Below, in pieces: positions 1 through 9,245 of a DNA stretch of 64,000 nt (its first letter is position 1; each line of letters begins with the position of its first letter). A model generated the notes under the pieces. The model searched no databases. It had not been told where the DNA came from and was given only the letters and a program-made list of their open reading frames with translations. Made by a program: the position numbers and the translations under genes. This DNA is from Pseudolabrys sp. (lineage in GTDB: Bacteria; Pseudomonadota; Alphaproteobacteria; Rhizobiales; Xanthobacteraceae). The stretch is taken from the NCBI GenBank assembly GCA_035651015.1, contig DASRGN010000034.1, forward strand, positions 6,800-70,799, written 5' to 3'.

Positions 1-605
1 ATAGTCGCCGGGATGGCAGCAACGAGGCCAATTGCGGTCGCAAACAGCGCCTCGGCAATACCAGGAGCCACCACCGCCAGCGAGGTGTTTTTCGAGGCGG
101 CGATCGACTGGAAGCTCGTCATAATGCCCCAGACGGTGCCGAACAGGCCGACAAAGGGGCCGGCCGAGCCGACCGTCGCCAGCACCAGGAGCCTGCGCTC
201 GAGCCGCTCGACCTCCCGGGCGATGGTCACGTCCATGACCTTTTCGATACGGGTCTGCAGGCCTGCGAAGGAGCGCGCGCTGCCCTCGAAGCTTCTTTTC
301 CACTCCCGCATGGCGGCGACAAACAGAGCCGCCATCGAATGGTTGGGCCGCGCCTGCAGCGAACGATAGAGTTCCTCGAGCGACTCGCCCGACCAGAACG
401 CCTGCTCGAACTGGTCCATGGCGCGCCGCGTGCGCGCATAGAGGAAGGTCTTGTCGATGGCGATCGCCCACACCCAGACAGAGCAGACGAGCAGCCCGAT
501 CATCACCGATTTGACGATCCAGTGCGCCTGCCAGAACAGCGTGAACAGGGAAACTTCGGAGGCAGGCAGCGGCAACACCGACTGTGCCACGTCGGCGGGA
601 TTCAT
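1..605 (-). CDS. tolQ: TolQ, Tol-Pal motor subunit (3' end truncated by window edge)
   Basis: Minus-strand translation from ATG 605: MNPADVAQ...LFWQAHWIVKSVMIGLL...FEQAFWSGESLEELY...LATVGSAGPFVGLFGTVWGIMTSFQSIAASKNTSLAVVAPGIAEALFATAIGL, the TolQ TM2/TM3 signature. Not in the ORF track because it has no stop in the window. Confidence 0.95.
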   Translation of the reverse strand, partial: MNPADVAQSVLPLPASEVSLFTLFWQAHWIVKSVMIGLLVCSVWVWAIAIDKTFLYARTRRAMDQFEQAFWSGESLEELYRSLQARPNHSMAALFVAAMREWKRSFEGSARSFAGLQTRIEKVMDVTIAREVERLERRLLVLATVGSAGPFVGLFGTVWGIMTSFQSIAASKNTSLAVVAPGIAEALFATAIGLVAAIPAT

Positions 606-814
606 GGGCACGTCCTTTCGGCTGTCCGGCTCCGTCGCTCCACCGGGTCGTACGGCGCGGCAAACGGTCAGGCGCGCCGTAAGAGCGCGATGCCCAGATC
701 CAATTTTCGCGAAAACCCGCGTGCCCGCCACCGGCAGGCGAGGAAATCCCCGCGAAACTTGACCAAACTAGGGCATCTGATCGGTCGTCGCCGGCCTAAC
801 CAGCCCGATTGTGG

Positions 815-829
815 TTAAGGAAGCGTTAG
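815..829. promoter_or_regulatory. Possible CtrA-type box TTAA-N7-TTAG upstream of tolQ
   Basis: TTAAggaagcgTTAG matches 7/8 of TTAA-N7-TTAA; about 210 bp upstream of the tolQ start. Confidence 0.3.
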
Positions 830-963
830 CGCGTCGACGCTGGAGGGGGCAAGGCTTCGGCGATGTGCCCGAACACGTGTCGGCTCTGTCTCCGAACGCC
901 CTGCCAAAAAGCGAGGGCCGCCGTCGGGGAACGGCGGCCCTGCTTTCCTGACCGAAAAGACCC

Positions 964-1446
964 TCAGCTCTGCGGGGGCTGCTGCGGTGCCTCGGGAGGA
1001 CGGCGATTGCGCCGCTCGGCCATGAACGCGTCGAATTCGGTTTTGTCTTTGGCGAAGCGCAGGCGATCGAGGAAATCGCGGAATTCCTTCTGCTCTTCCT
1101 CGAGGCGACGCAACGTCTCGGTGCGGTACTCATCGAAGGCGCGGTTTCCGCTCGAGGGTGCTGAGCCCCAGCCGCCAAACCCGCCGCCGAAGCGCTCCAT
1201 CTTGCTGCGCATGCGGTCCATCTTGTGCTGCCAGTGCTCGCTACCGTGACGCCAACATCCGCCCATGGCTTTGCTCCAGAAGATGTAGGCGAGCATCGCC
1301 AGCCCCATCGGCCACCAGAAGATGAAGCCGAGGATCATCAGGATGAAGAGACCCGGGTGCCAGTGGTGATGGTGCTCGTAGTAGCCGTGGCGAGACGCAC
1401 CCCAGGGACCCTGCGGACGATCATTGGCATCGGCGGCGTAGGACAT
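964..1446 (-). CDS. DUF2852 domain protein (one hydrophobic segment plus coiled coil)
   Basis: WHPGLFILMILGFIFWWPMGLAMLAYIFW and SSGNRAFDEYRTETLRRLEEEQKEFRDFLDRLRFAKDKTEFDAFM; ATG 1446 preceded by GAGG. Confidence 0.85.
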   Translation of the reverse strand: MSYAADANDRPQGPWGASRHGYYEHHHHWHPGLFILMILGFIFWWPMGLAMLAYIFWSKAMGGCWRHGSEHWQHKMDRMRSKMERFGGGFGGWGSAPSSGNRAFDEYRTETLRRLEEEQKEFRDFLDRLRFAKDKTEFDAFMAERRNRRPPEAPQQPPQS

Positions 1447-1463
1447 GACGGCCTCGCGTGTGA

Positions 1464-1482
1464 ATGTAAATAACATTTACAT
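1464..1482. promoter_or_regulatory. Inverted-repeat operator ATGTAAAT-AAC-ATTTACAT (putative TetR site 1)
   Basis: Perfect 8-bp arms; lies between the -10 box and the RBS of the DUF2852 gene. Confidence 0.75.
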
Positions 1483-1510
1483 AGCTAGACCTGAGGCCGC
1501 GGGCTGTCAA
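1482..1510 (-). promoter_or_regulatory. Sigma70-type promoter TTGACA-N17-TAGCTA for the DUF2852 gene
   Basis: Minus strand: perfect -35 (1510-1505), 17-nt spacer, TAGCTA (1487-1482). Confidence 0.65.
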
Positions 1511-1526
1511 GAAGACCTGCAAGATT

Positions 1527-2168
1527 TTAAGTGGGGCCAGTTCCCTCGGAGACGCCCAGGCCGCGCAGGTACAGGAGAAATCCGGCCTCAAGTAATTCGT
1601 GTTCCGGCATCGGCAAGGCCCGCCGGGCTGCGTCACCGCGTCCGAACAGCGACGCGATACCGTGGGTGAGCGCCCACATGTGCAGCGCCACCATCAGCGC
1701 CGGCGGGCGCTGGCGCGACGGCACCTGCAGCACAAGCTTCTCGGCAGCGCCGCGCAGCACTCCGAAGGCGCGCTCGCCGGCCGCACGCAGATCGGCGTTG
1801 GCCTCGAGCGGAATGCCGGCTTCGAACATCGCTGAGTAGTAAGCGGGCTCGCTCTTGGCGAAGTCGAGATAGGCGCGACCGAGCCGCTCGAAGGCAGTGA
1901 TCACATCGGGCGCGCCGTCATTCCAGGCGCGCGTCAGCGCCGTCTCGAAGAGGTCGAAGCCACGCCGCGCCACGTCGGCGAGCAGCTCGTCGCGATCGCG
2001 GAAATGTCGGTAGGGCGCCGCGGGGCTGACGCCGGCCCAGCGCGCCGCATCAGCGAAGGTGAAGCCCGCCGGTCCCTTCTCGGCAATGAGCTCGAGCGCG
2101 GCGCGGACCAGCGCTTCCTTCAGATTGCCGTGGTGATAGCCGCGCGAAGCGCGGTCCTTCCAGCTCAT
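1527..2168 (-). CDS. TetR/AcrR family regulator
   Basis: YHHGNLKEALVRAALELIAE...FTFADAARWAGVSPAAPYRHF N-terminal HTH; WHG-like C-terminus (WALTHGIASL). Confidence 0.92.
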   Translation of the reverse strand: MSWKDRASRGYHHGNLKEALVRAALELIAEKGPAGFTFADAARWAGVSPAAPYRHFRDRDELLADVARRGFDLFETALTRAWNDGAPDVITAFERLGRAYLDFAKSEPAYYSAMFEAGIPLEANADLRAAGERAFGVLRGAAEKLVLQVPSRQRPPALMVALHMWALTHGIASLFGRGDAARRALPMPEHELLEAGFLLYLRGLGVSEGTGPT

Positions 2169-2188
2169 GTTAATGGCTTTAACATGAG
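2164..2188. promoter_or_regulatory. Inverted-repeat operator CTCATGTTAA-TGGCT-TTAACATGAG over the TetR start codon (site 2)
   Basis: Perfect 10-bp arms; the 19-bp core ATGTTAATGGCTTTAACAT aligns with site 1. Confidence 0.75.
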
Positions 2189-2224
2189 TCCGATGGCAAG
2201 GTCACGGCCGCTCAGCCGGCAAGC

Positions 2225-2686
2225 TTAAGTGTTCGCCGCCTCGTTGTCCGCGCGCATGGCAATGCGCAGCGGCTTGGGGATCGGCCGCGCGCGGCCGCCG
2301 GAGACGAAAGCGACGCGCACCGAGGCCTCGACCAGTGTCTCGCGGTCACGGGTGACGAGCTGGTGCAGCGTCACCGAGGCGCCCTTCACCTCGGAGGGAT
2401 GCGTGACGATCTCGAGCACATCGTCCATGCGCGCGGGTTTGAGATAATCGATGGTCATCGAGCGCACGACGAAGGCGAAGCCCGGCGCCTCCTTCTCGGT
2501 CTGCTCGAACAGTGCGCGATGGTCGGCGCCGATCAGGCGCAGATAGTTGGTACGCCCGCGCTCCATGAGGCGCAGATAGCTGGCGTGATAGACGATGCCG
2601 GAAAAATCCGTGTCTTCGTAATAAATGCGCACCGGCTGCACGTGGCGGCCGTCGCGGATTTCACCATCGAGGGCGAGGTTGGTCAC
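2225..2686 (-). CDS. ybgC: Tol-Pal-associated acyl-CoA thioesterase YbgC
   Basis: VRIYYEDTDFSGIVYHASYLRLMERGRT hotdog motif; lies between ruvB and tolQ. Confidence 0.93.
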   Translation of the reverse strand: MTNLALDGEIRDGRHVQPVRIYYEDTDFSGIVYHASYLRLMERGRTNYLRLIGADHRALFEQTEKEAPGFAFVVRSMTIDYLKPARMDDVLEIVTHPSEVKGASVTLHQLVTRDRETLVEASVRVAFVSGGRARPIPKPLRIAMRADNEAANT

Positions 2687-2708
2687 AACACGCTCCGAGT
2701 TCGATCGA

Positions 2709-2807
2709 CCTCATGGTGAGGAGCGCGAAGCGCGTCTCCAACCATGAGGTCGGCACCGTGGCCGCCATCCTTCGAGACGCGCCCTGCGGGCGCTCCTCAG
2801 GATGAGG
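2709..2807. repeat. Palindromic intergenic element, family A copy 1
   Basis: cctcatggtgaggagcgcgaagcgcgtctc...ttcgagacgcgccctgcgggcgctcctcaggatgagg; related copies at 15708 and 25785. Confidence 0.8.
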
Positions 2808-2811
2808 CGGA

Positions 2812-2994
2812 TTAAGCTCCGTTGTCCGGCTTTAGTGAGCGCTGCGACGAACGAGCCTCGCGCAAGAACGCACCGAAATCCCACTCCCGAACCCTGCCAG
2901 ACATTATATCGGCCATGCCTCGGTCAATATCCTGCTTGAGCCGACGTAATTTGTCAGCGCGTTCCTGCGGATCGTCTGGCACTTCGGCCGTCAT
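2812..2994 (-). CDS. 60-aa protein resembling the C-terminal part of ParD-type antitoxins
   Basis: KLRRLKQDIDRGMADIMSGRVREWDFGAFLREAR; ATG overlaps the ruvB stop (TGATG). Confidence 0.5.
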   Translation of the reverse strand: MTAEVPDDPQERADKLRRLKQDIDRGMADIMSGRVREWDFGAFLREARSSQRSLKPDNGA

Positions 2995-4043
2995 CACGCG
3001 TCGTCTTCCTCACCGCCAAACAACCCGAACTGCGCCGGATCGCGCGTCGGTTCGGCAAGGCCGAGATGCTTGAAGGCGTGCGAGGTCAGCAGCCGTCCGC
3101 GCGGGGTGCGCTGGATGAAGCCCTTCTGGATGAGGAACGGCTCGATGATGTCCTCGATGGCGTCGCGCGGCTCGGAGAGCGCCGCGGCGAGCGTCTCGAC
3201 GCCGACCGGGCCGCCGCCATAGCTCTCGGCGATGGTCGTGAGATAGCGGCGATCCATGGAATCGAGCCCGGCGCCATCCACCTCGAGCTCGCCGAGCGCG
3301 CGGTCGGCGATCTTGCGATCGATCGTTGCGGCCTTGGCGACGTGGGCAAAGTCGCGCACGCGGCGCAGGAGCCGCCCTGCAATGCGCGGCGTGCCGCGGG
3401 CGCGGCGCGCGATCTCATTCGCCCCATCCGCGGTCATGCCGATGCCCAGCACGCGGGCGCCGCGATTGACGATCTGCTCGAGCTCGGCCTCGGAATAGAA
3501 ATTGAGGCGGATGGGAATGCCGAAACGGTCGCGCAGCGGATTTGTGAGCAGGCCCGCGCGCGTGGTGGCGCAGACCAGCGTGAATTTGGCGAGGTCGATC
3601 TTCACCGAGCGCGCGGCCGGGCCTTCGCCGATGATGAGATCGAGCTGGAAGTCCTCCATCGCCGGATAGAGGATTTCTTCCACGGCCGGATTGAGCCGGT
3701 GGATCTCGTCGATGAACAGCACGTCGCGGGCTTCGAGATTGGTGAGCAGCGCGGCGAGATCGCCGGCCTTGGCAATCACCGGGCCAGAGGTAGCGCGGAA
3801 GTTGACGCCAAGCTCGCGCGCGACGATCTGCGCCAGCGTGGTCTTGCCGAGCCCGGGCGGGCCGACGAAGAGCACGTGGTCGAGCGCCTCGTTGCGCGCC
3901 TTCGCCGCCTCGATGAACACCGAGAGGTTCGCCCGTGCCTTTTCCTGGCCGACAAATTCGGCGAGCGACAACGGACGCAACGAGGCATCCACATCCTCGT
4001 CGCGGCGTTCACCGGTGACCAAGCGTTTGGGCTGTGTGGCCAC
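2994..4043 (-). CDS. ruvB: Holliday junction helicase RuvB
   Basis: GPPGLGKTT Walker A, FIDEIHRL Walker [18 protein letters not shown]. Confidence 0.99.
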   Translation of the reverse strand: MATQPKRLVTGERRDEDVDASLRPLSLAEFVGQEKARANLSVFIEAAKARNEALDHVLFVGPPGLGKTTLAQIVARELGVNFRATSGPVIAKAGDLAALLTNLEARDVLFIDEIHRLNPAVEEILYPAMEDFQLDLIIGEGPAARSVKIDLAKFTLVCATTRAGLLTNPLRDRFGIPIRLNFYSEAELEQIVNRGARVLGIGMTADGANEIARRARGTPRIAGRLLRRVRDFAHVAKAATIDRKIADRALGELEVDGAGLDSMDRRYLTTIAESYGGGPVGVETLAAALSEPRDAIEDIIEPFLIQKGFIQRTPRGRLLTSHAFKHLGLAEPTRDPAQFGLFGGEEDDA

Positions 4044-4486
4044 TAGAGATTCCGTTCGCGGCTGTATTTGTTGGGCAGCAACTCGCCGATCTCGATGACC
4101 ACCGGGCTCGCGCCACCGGGCACGATCACCCGCGCATTGCGATCATAATCCCAGATCAGCTCGCGGCAGGCGCCGCAGGGCGACACCACGGCCACGGTCT
4201 GGTCCGGCTCGTGCGGACGCGGATGGCGCACGGCGACGATGGTGTCGATGCCGGTCTCGCCGAGGTCAGTGACGAGCTTGCCGAGGCAGACGCCTTCGGC
4301 GCACACCGCATTGCGGCCGAGATAGGCGTCGAGATTGACGCCGGTGAGGATCTTGCCGGAGCGGCTGCGCAGCGCCGCGCCGACCTCCTGCCAGTCGTTG
4401 CGGTAGCGCTCGTTGATCGCCTGCGTCGCCGCAGCGATCAACTCGCGATCCTTGGCGGTGAGCGGAGAGACGGCGGCGTGCTTCAC
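4043..4486 (-). CDS. Cytidine deaminase family protein, blasticidin S deaminase (Bsr)-like
   Basis: CAE and PCGACRE zinc motifs (three-Cys, homotetrameric CDA type); overlaps both the ruvA stop and the ruvB start. Confidence 0.85.
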   Translation of the reverse strand: MKHAAVSPLTAKDRELIAAATQAINERYRNDWQEVGAALRSRSGKILTGVNLDAYLGRNAVCAEGVCLGKLVTDLGETGIDTIVAVRHPRPHEPDQTVAVVSPCGACRELIWDYDRNARVIVPGGASPVVIEIGELLPNKYSRERNL

Positions 4487-5100
4487 CGGGACAGTTCCTT
4501 CAACCCATGGCGGATCAAGGTCGCCGTATCGGCGCCCTCGCCCGCATTGCGCGCGGCGGCGGCGATCGCGGCCGCCGCCTGCGGCTGACCATAGCCGAGA
4601 TTGACCAGGGCCGAGACCGCGTCGGCGATGGGCCGCGGCGCGCGCTTCTCGTCGAGCGCGCCGGACAGTTGCACCACCGCCGGATCGACGCTGGCATAAG
4701 CCGGCGCTTTATCCTTCAACTCCGTGACGATGCGTTCGGCCACCTTCGGGCCGACGCCGGGCGTGCGCGCCACCATGGCCTTGTCGCGGGTGGCGATGGC
4801 GGTGGCGAGATCCGCGGGCTTGAGCGTGCCGAGCACCGACAACGCCACCTTCGCGCCGACACCCTGCACGGTCTGCAGCAGGCGGAACCACTCGCGCTCG
4901 AGATCGCTCTCGAAGCCGAACAGCTTGATCTGGTCCTCGCGCACATAGGTCTCGATGGACATGACCGCGGCCTCACCGCTCCCCGGCAGCGCCTGCAGCG
5001 TGCGCGCCGAGCAGTGCACCTGATAGCCGACACCGTTGACGTCGAGGATGATGAAGTCCTCGCCGTAAGAGTCGATGATGCCTTTGAGCTTGCCGATCAT
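4483..5100 (-). CDS. ruvA: Holliday junction DNA-binding protein RuvA
   Basis: MIGKLKG...VNGVGYQV...[14 protein letters not shown]...[10 protein letters not shown]...[19 protein letters not shown]; start re-picked at 5100. Confidence 0.98.
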   Translation of the reverse strand: MIGKLKGIIDSYGEDFIILDVNGVGYQVHCSARTLQALPGSGEAAVMSIETYVREDQIKLFGFESDLEREWFRLLQTVQGVGAKVALSVLGTLKPADLATAIATRDKAMVARTPGVGPKVAERIVTELKDKAPAYASVDPAVVQLSGALDEKRAPRPIADAVSALVNLGYGQPQAAAAIAAAARNAGEGADTATLIRHGLKELSR

Positions 5101-5115
5101 GCTTTCTTCCTTCAT

Positions 5116-5222
5116 CTCCCCCGCTCGCGGGGGAGGTCGACGCGCGAAGCGCGGCGGGAGGGGGCATTTGCCGAGATATTCATTCCCCCTCCCCAACCCT
5201 CCCCCGCAAGCGGGTGAGGGAG
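5116..5222. repeat. Palindromic intergenic element, family B copy 1
   Basis: ctcccccgctcgcgggggagg...cccctccccaaccctcccccgcaagcgggtgagggag; related copy at 22657. Confidence 0.75.
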
Positions 5223-5245
5223 CGCGCTGATCGCGTAGCAAGTCA

Positions 5246-5752
5246 TCAGCCCACCTTCGCTCTCACGAGCGTACTCGTGCGATGATGCGCATGGGTCACC
5301 GCGATGGCCAGCGCATCGGCGGCGTCCTCCGACTGCGGATCGGCCTTGGGCAGCAGCACGCCGATCATCATGCGGATCTGTCCCTTCTCGCCGTGGCCGG
5401 AGCCGACGATGGTCTTCTTGATCAGGTTCGGCGCGTATTCGGCGACCTCGATGCCGGCGCGCGCGGGCACCAGCATGGCAATGCCGCGCGCCTGGCCGAG
5501 CTTGAGCGTCGAGACCGCATTGCCGTTGACGAAGGTCGCTTCCACCGCCGCTTCATGCGGCGCAAATTCGTCGATCACGCGGCAGAGCCCGTCATGGATG
5601 GCGACGAGCCGCCCGCCGAGCGCCACCTTCTCGCTCGTCTCTACCGAGCCGCAGGCAATAAAGATCAGCCGGTTGCCCTCAGCCTCGATCAGGCCCCAGC
5701 CGGTGCGGCGGAGCCCCGGATCGATGCCGAGGATGCGAATCGGGCGGCGCAT
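5246..5752 (-). CDS. ruvC: Crossover junction endodeoxyribonuclease RuvC
   Basis: [37 protein letters not shown]. Confidence 0.98.
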   Translation of the reverse strand: MRRPIRILGIDPGLRRTGWGLIEAEGNRLIFIACGSVETSEKVALGGRLVAIHDGLCRVIDEFAPHEAAVEATFVNGNAVSTLKLGQARGIAMLVPARAGIEVAEYAPNLIKKTIVGSGHGEKGQIRMMIGVLLPKADPQSEDAADALAIAVTHAHHRTSTLVRAKVG

Positions 5753-5902
5753 GCGACCCCGTTGATAGCCCGAACAGGCTGTTGGGCCTACCGGGGGAGC
5801 GTCTGTCCGAGCGGCGCATTGTGGCCATGCGACGCACCGCCTGGACAGCACGGCGTTGAATTCGCACACTGATTTTCAAGTTTGCCAGCCGGGCTTCCAT
5901 CC

Positions 5903-7123
5903 ATGCCGCGTGCGCGCCGTGCCGTCATCATCGGTGGCTCGATGTCGGGCCTTTTTGCCGCGGCGTTCCTGCGGCAGATCGGCTGGGACGTCGACGTCTA
6001 CGAACGCTCCGCGGTGGAGCTCGTCGGCCGCGGTGCCGGCATCACCACCCATCCGGAACTCATCGCCATGCTCGAGGCGAGCGGCGCCGGCACCAAGGAC
6101 CTCGGCGTCACCGTCGACCTGCGCATCGCGCTCGACCGCGACGGCAAGGTCATTGCCGAGAAGCCGCTGACGCAAATCCTCACCTCCTGGGACCGGCTGC
6201 AGCGGCTGCTGCGCGAGACCATCGACGCGGCGCACTACCATCTCGGCTGGGAGTTCGAAGGCGTCGAGCAGGACGGCTCGGGCGTCAACGTGCGCTTTTC
6301 CGGCGGCCGCAGCGAGCACGCCGACATCCTTGTCGGCGGCGACGGCATCCGCTCCGGCGTGCGCGCCGCGATCATGCCGGAGGTGCAGCCGATCTATGCC
6401 GGCTATTTCATCTGGCGCGGCGCGCCGAACGAGGCGGACCTGTCGCCCCGCGCGCTGAAGGAGGTGTTTCCGTATTTCTCCTTCTTCCTGCCGCCGCAGC
6501 AGGAGGTGATCTGCTATCCGATCTCCGGCTTCAACGAGGACCTGCGCCCAGGACACCGGCGCTTCAACTTCATCTGGTATCGCGTCGCCGACACCGCGTT
6601 GCTGAAAGAAATGTGTGTCGACGACAACGGCCACCAGCACGAACACTCGGTGCCGCCGCCGCTCATCCGCAAGGATCTGATCGCGGCGTTGCGCGCCGAA
6701 GCACAAGACGCGCTGCCGCCCGCGCTCAACGATTGCCTTGCCGCGATCGATCGCCCGTTCTTCACGCCGATCTACGATTTCATCGCACCGCGCATCACGC
6801 TCGGCCGTGTCGCGCTCATCGGCGATGCCGCCTCCAATGCGCGGCCGCATATGGGGTTCGGCGTGTCCAAAGCCGGCTGCGACGCGCATGCGCTGGCGCT
6901 GGCGCTGCGCGACCACGACGACATCGACGCGGCGCTCGCCGAGTATAATCGCGTCTGCCAGCCGATCGGCGCGACCATCGTCAAGCACAGCCGGCGGCTT
7001 GGCACGCATATGGGCGTAAACTTGCAGACAGATGAAGACCGCGCCATGCATGCGCTCTTGCAGGAGCCGCGCGCCATGATGGACTGGATCGCGGTGCCGA
7101 ATTTCCTGGACGAGTATCGATGA
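5903..7123 (+). CDS. FAD-dependent monooxygenase, 2,6-dihydroxypyridine 3-hydroxylase-like
   Basis: IIGGSMSGL, DVDVYERS, LVGGDGIRS and LIGDAA group-A flavoprotein motifs. Confidence 0.8.
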   Translation: MPRARRAVIIGGSMSGLFAAAFLRQIGWDVDVYERSAVELVGRGAGITTHPELIAMLEASGAGTKDLGVTVDLRIALDRDGKVIAEKPLTQILTSWDRLQRLLRETIDAAHYHLGWEFEGVEQDGSGVNVRFSGGRSEHADILVGGDGIRSGVRAAIMPEVQPIYAGYFIWRGAPNEADLSPRALKEVFPYFSFFLPPQQEVICYPISGFNEDLRPGHRRFNFIWYRVADTALLKEMCVDDNGHQHEHSVPPPLIRKDLIAALRAEAQDALPPALNDCLAAIDRPFFTPIYDFIAPRITLGRVALIGDAASNARPHMGFGVSKAGCDAHALALALRDHDDIDAALAEYNRVCQPIGATIVKHSRRLGTHMGVNLQTDEDRAMHALLQEPRAMMDWIAVPNFLDEYR

Positions 7124-8373
7124 GCGATCTTCCCAAGCCCGACCATGCACGCAATATGCGGCTCATCGCGCACAGCGATCAGGGCGGCCGGCCCGACGGT
7201 GTGCAGATCATGGTGCATCGCGGCTACGCCTATATCGGCCACATGTTCTCCAAGGGCTTCAGCGTTCTCGACGTGCGCGATGCGAAACATCCGCGCGCGG
7301 TGAACTATATTCCGGCACCACCGAACACCTGGACCATCCACCTGCAGACGCATGACGAGCTGCTCCTGGTGATCAACGCCAAGGACATGTTCGCCGCGAT
7401 CGAGTTCGCCGACGAGCGCGCCTATTACAAAGGCCAGCTCGGCAAGGTGGTCGGCACCGCGGAGAAGAAGGCTGCGACGCGCAACTGGACGGCGGGACTC
7501 GCGGTCTACGACATCAGCAAGCCGGAGGCGCCGCGACAGATCGGCTTCATGCCGGTCGAGGGCGGCGGCGTGCACCGCATCTGGTATACCGGCGGGCGAT
7601 GGGCCTATGTCTCGGCGCTGCTCGACGGCTTCACCGATTACATCTTCATGACCGTCGACATGAGCAATCCGGCGCAGCCGCGCGAAGCAGGGCGCTACTG
7701 GATCCCCGGCATGCATCAGGCTGAGGGCGAGATGCCGTCCTGGGCGCCGACCGCGCGCTATGGCTTGCATCACGCGATCATCCACGACGACACCGCCTAC
7801 GCGGCGTGGCGCGACGCCGGCATGGTGGTGATCGACATCGCCGACCGCACGCGGCCGAAGCTGATCACGCATCGCAACTGGGCGCCGCCCTTCGGCGGCG
7901 GCACGCATAATTGCCTGCCGCTCCCCGATCGCGATCTGCTCATCGTGCTCGACGAGGCCGTGCTCGACCATCAGGAGGATGGGCTCAAGCTGATCTGGGT
8001 GTTCGACAACCGCGACAAACGCAATCCGGTGAGCATCGCGACCTTCCCGACGCCTTCGGAAGCGGACTATGTGCGCAAGGGCGGCCATTTCGGCCCGCAC
8101 AATGTCCACGAGAACCGGCCGGACAGCTTCGTCTCATCCGACTTGATCTTCGCCACCTATCAGAATGCCGGTGTGCGCGTGTTCGACATCCGCGATCAAT
8201 TCCGCCCGGTGGAAGTCGGCGCATTCGTACCGCCGGCCCCCGCGCGGATGATGGATGGGCGGCCCAACCGCGCGCAGGTGATCCAGTCTGCCGACGTCTT
8301 CGTCGACAAGGCCGGCATCATCTATTCGACCGACTACAATGGCGGGCTTTACGTGCTCGAGTACAACGGCTGA
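7120..8373 (+). CDS. LVIVD-repeat beta-propeller protein
   Basis: Repeats FSVLDVRD, LAVYDISKP, MTVDMSNP, MVVIDIAD, VRVFDIRD; ATGA overlap with the monooxygenase. Confidence 0.8.
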   Translation: MSDLPKPDHARNMRLIAHSDQGGRPDGVQIMVHRGYAYIGHMFSKGFSVLDVRDAKHPRAVNYIPAPPNTWTIHLQTHDELLLVINAKDMFAAIEFADERAYYKGQLGKVVGTAEKKAATRNWTAGLAVYDISKPEAPRQIGFMPVEGGGVHRIWYTGGRWAYVSALLDGFTDYIFMTVDMSNPAQPREAGRYWIPGMHQAEGEMPSWAPTARYGLHHAIIHDDTAYAAWRDAGMVVIDIADRTRPKLITHRNWAPPFGGGTHNCLPLPDRDLLIVLDEAVLDHQEDGLKLIWVFDNRDKRNPVSIATFPTPSEADYVRKGGHFGPHNVHENRPDSFVSSDLIFATYQNAGVRVFDIRDQFRPVEVGAFVPPAPARMMDGRPNRAQVIQSADVFVDKAGIIYSTDYNGGLYVLEYNG

Positions 8374-8387
8374 TCCGGCATTTTGGA

Positions 8388-9236
8388 ATGACACCCGGCA
8401 TCGGACTTGCGCTCGTCGCCATGGCCTGCTTCGGCGCCGGCGATCTCATCTACAAGCGCGCCGCGGCGCATGGTGTCGAGCCGCGGCAATTCGTGATGTG
8501 GCAGGCCTGGGTGTTCTGCCCGAGCATCACGATCTATGCGTGGCTCACCGGAACGCTCGATCCGCACCTCCCCGCGCTGTGGGGCGCGGCGGCGGGCATC
8601 GCCTCGATCGTGGGCTTTTACAATTTCGCCCGCAGCCTGCAAGGCGGCGCGGTCAGCACCAATGCGCCGATCTTCCGCCTTAACTTCATCCTCACCGCGG
8701 CGCTCGCCATCGCGCTCCTCGGCGAGCCGCTGACCTTGGCCAAGCTCGGCGGCCTTCTCGGCGCACTCCTCGCTGTCTGGCTTTTGCTCGGCGAGCGGAC
8801 GAATGGCGGCGCGCATTCGGACACGAGTTCGTTGATGCGCGTTCTCATCGCCACCGTGGCCATCGCGCTCGCCAATTTCTTCTACAAGCTCGGGCTGCGC
8901 GGCGGCGCGCTGCCGGAGACCATGGTGGCGACGCAGGCGTGGGCGTTTTCGTCGACCGCAACGCTGTTCGCCTGGATGCGCGAGCGGCGCTTCAACTGGA
9001 CGCCAGGCACCTGGCGCTATGCGAGCCCGGCCGCGGTGCTGCTCCTGATCGGCTTTGTGCTGCTGCTGCGCGGGCTCGCGGTCGGGCCGGCGAGCGTACT
9101 GGTGCCGGTGGCGCAGATGGGCTTTGTGCTCACGGCGCTCCTTGGTGCGGCGCTGTTCCGTGAGCAGCTGAGTGCACGGAAATGGATCGGGCTTGCCGTG
9201 GCCGTCGCGGCGCTGGCACTGTTCGCGTTCAGCTGA
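8388..9236 (+). CDS. EamA/DMT family transporter
   Basis: Two roughly 140-aa hydrophobic repeats; GEPLTLAKLGG and REQLSARKWIG motifs; start re-picked at 8388. Confidence 0.85.
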   Translation: MTPGIGLALVAMACFGAGDLIYKRAAAHGVEPRQFVMWQAWVFCPSITIYAWLTGTLDPHLPALWGAAAGIASIVGFYNFARSLQGGAVSTNAPIFRLNFILTAALAIALLGEPLTLAKLGGLLGALLAVWLLLGERTNGGAHSDTSSLMRVLIATVAIALANFFYKLGLRGGALPETMVATQAWAFSSTATLFAWMRERRFNWTPGTWRYASPAAVLLLIGFVLLLRGLAVGPASVLVPVAQMGFVLTALLGAALFREQLSARKWIGLAVAVAALALFAFS

Positions 9237-9245
9237 CGGCCGCGG

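Noticed and set aside
4483-5241. N-terminal extensions of ruvA, pgk, suhB, GNAT, the lytic transglycosylase and the 2-hydroxyacid dehydrogenase in the ORF track
   Set aside because: The extensions read through intergenic repeats; downstream starts match family N-termini.
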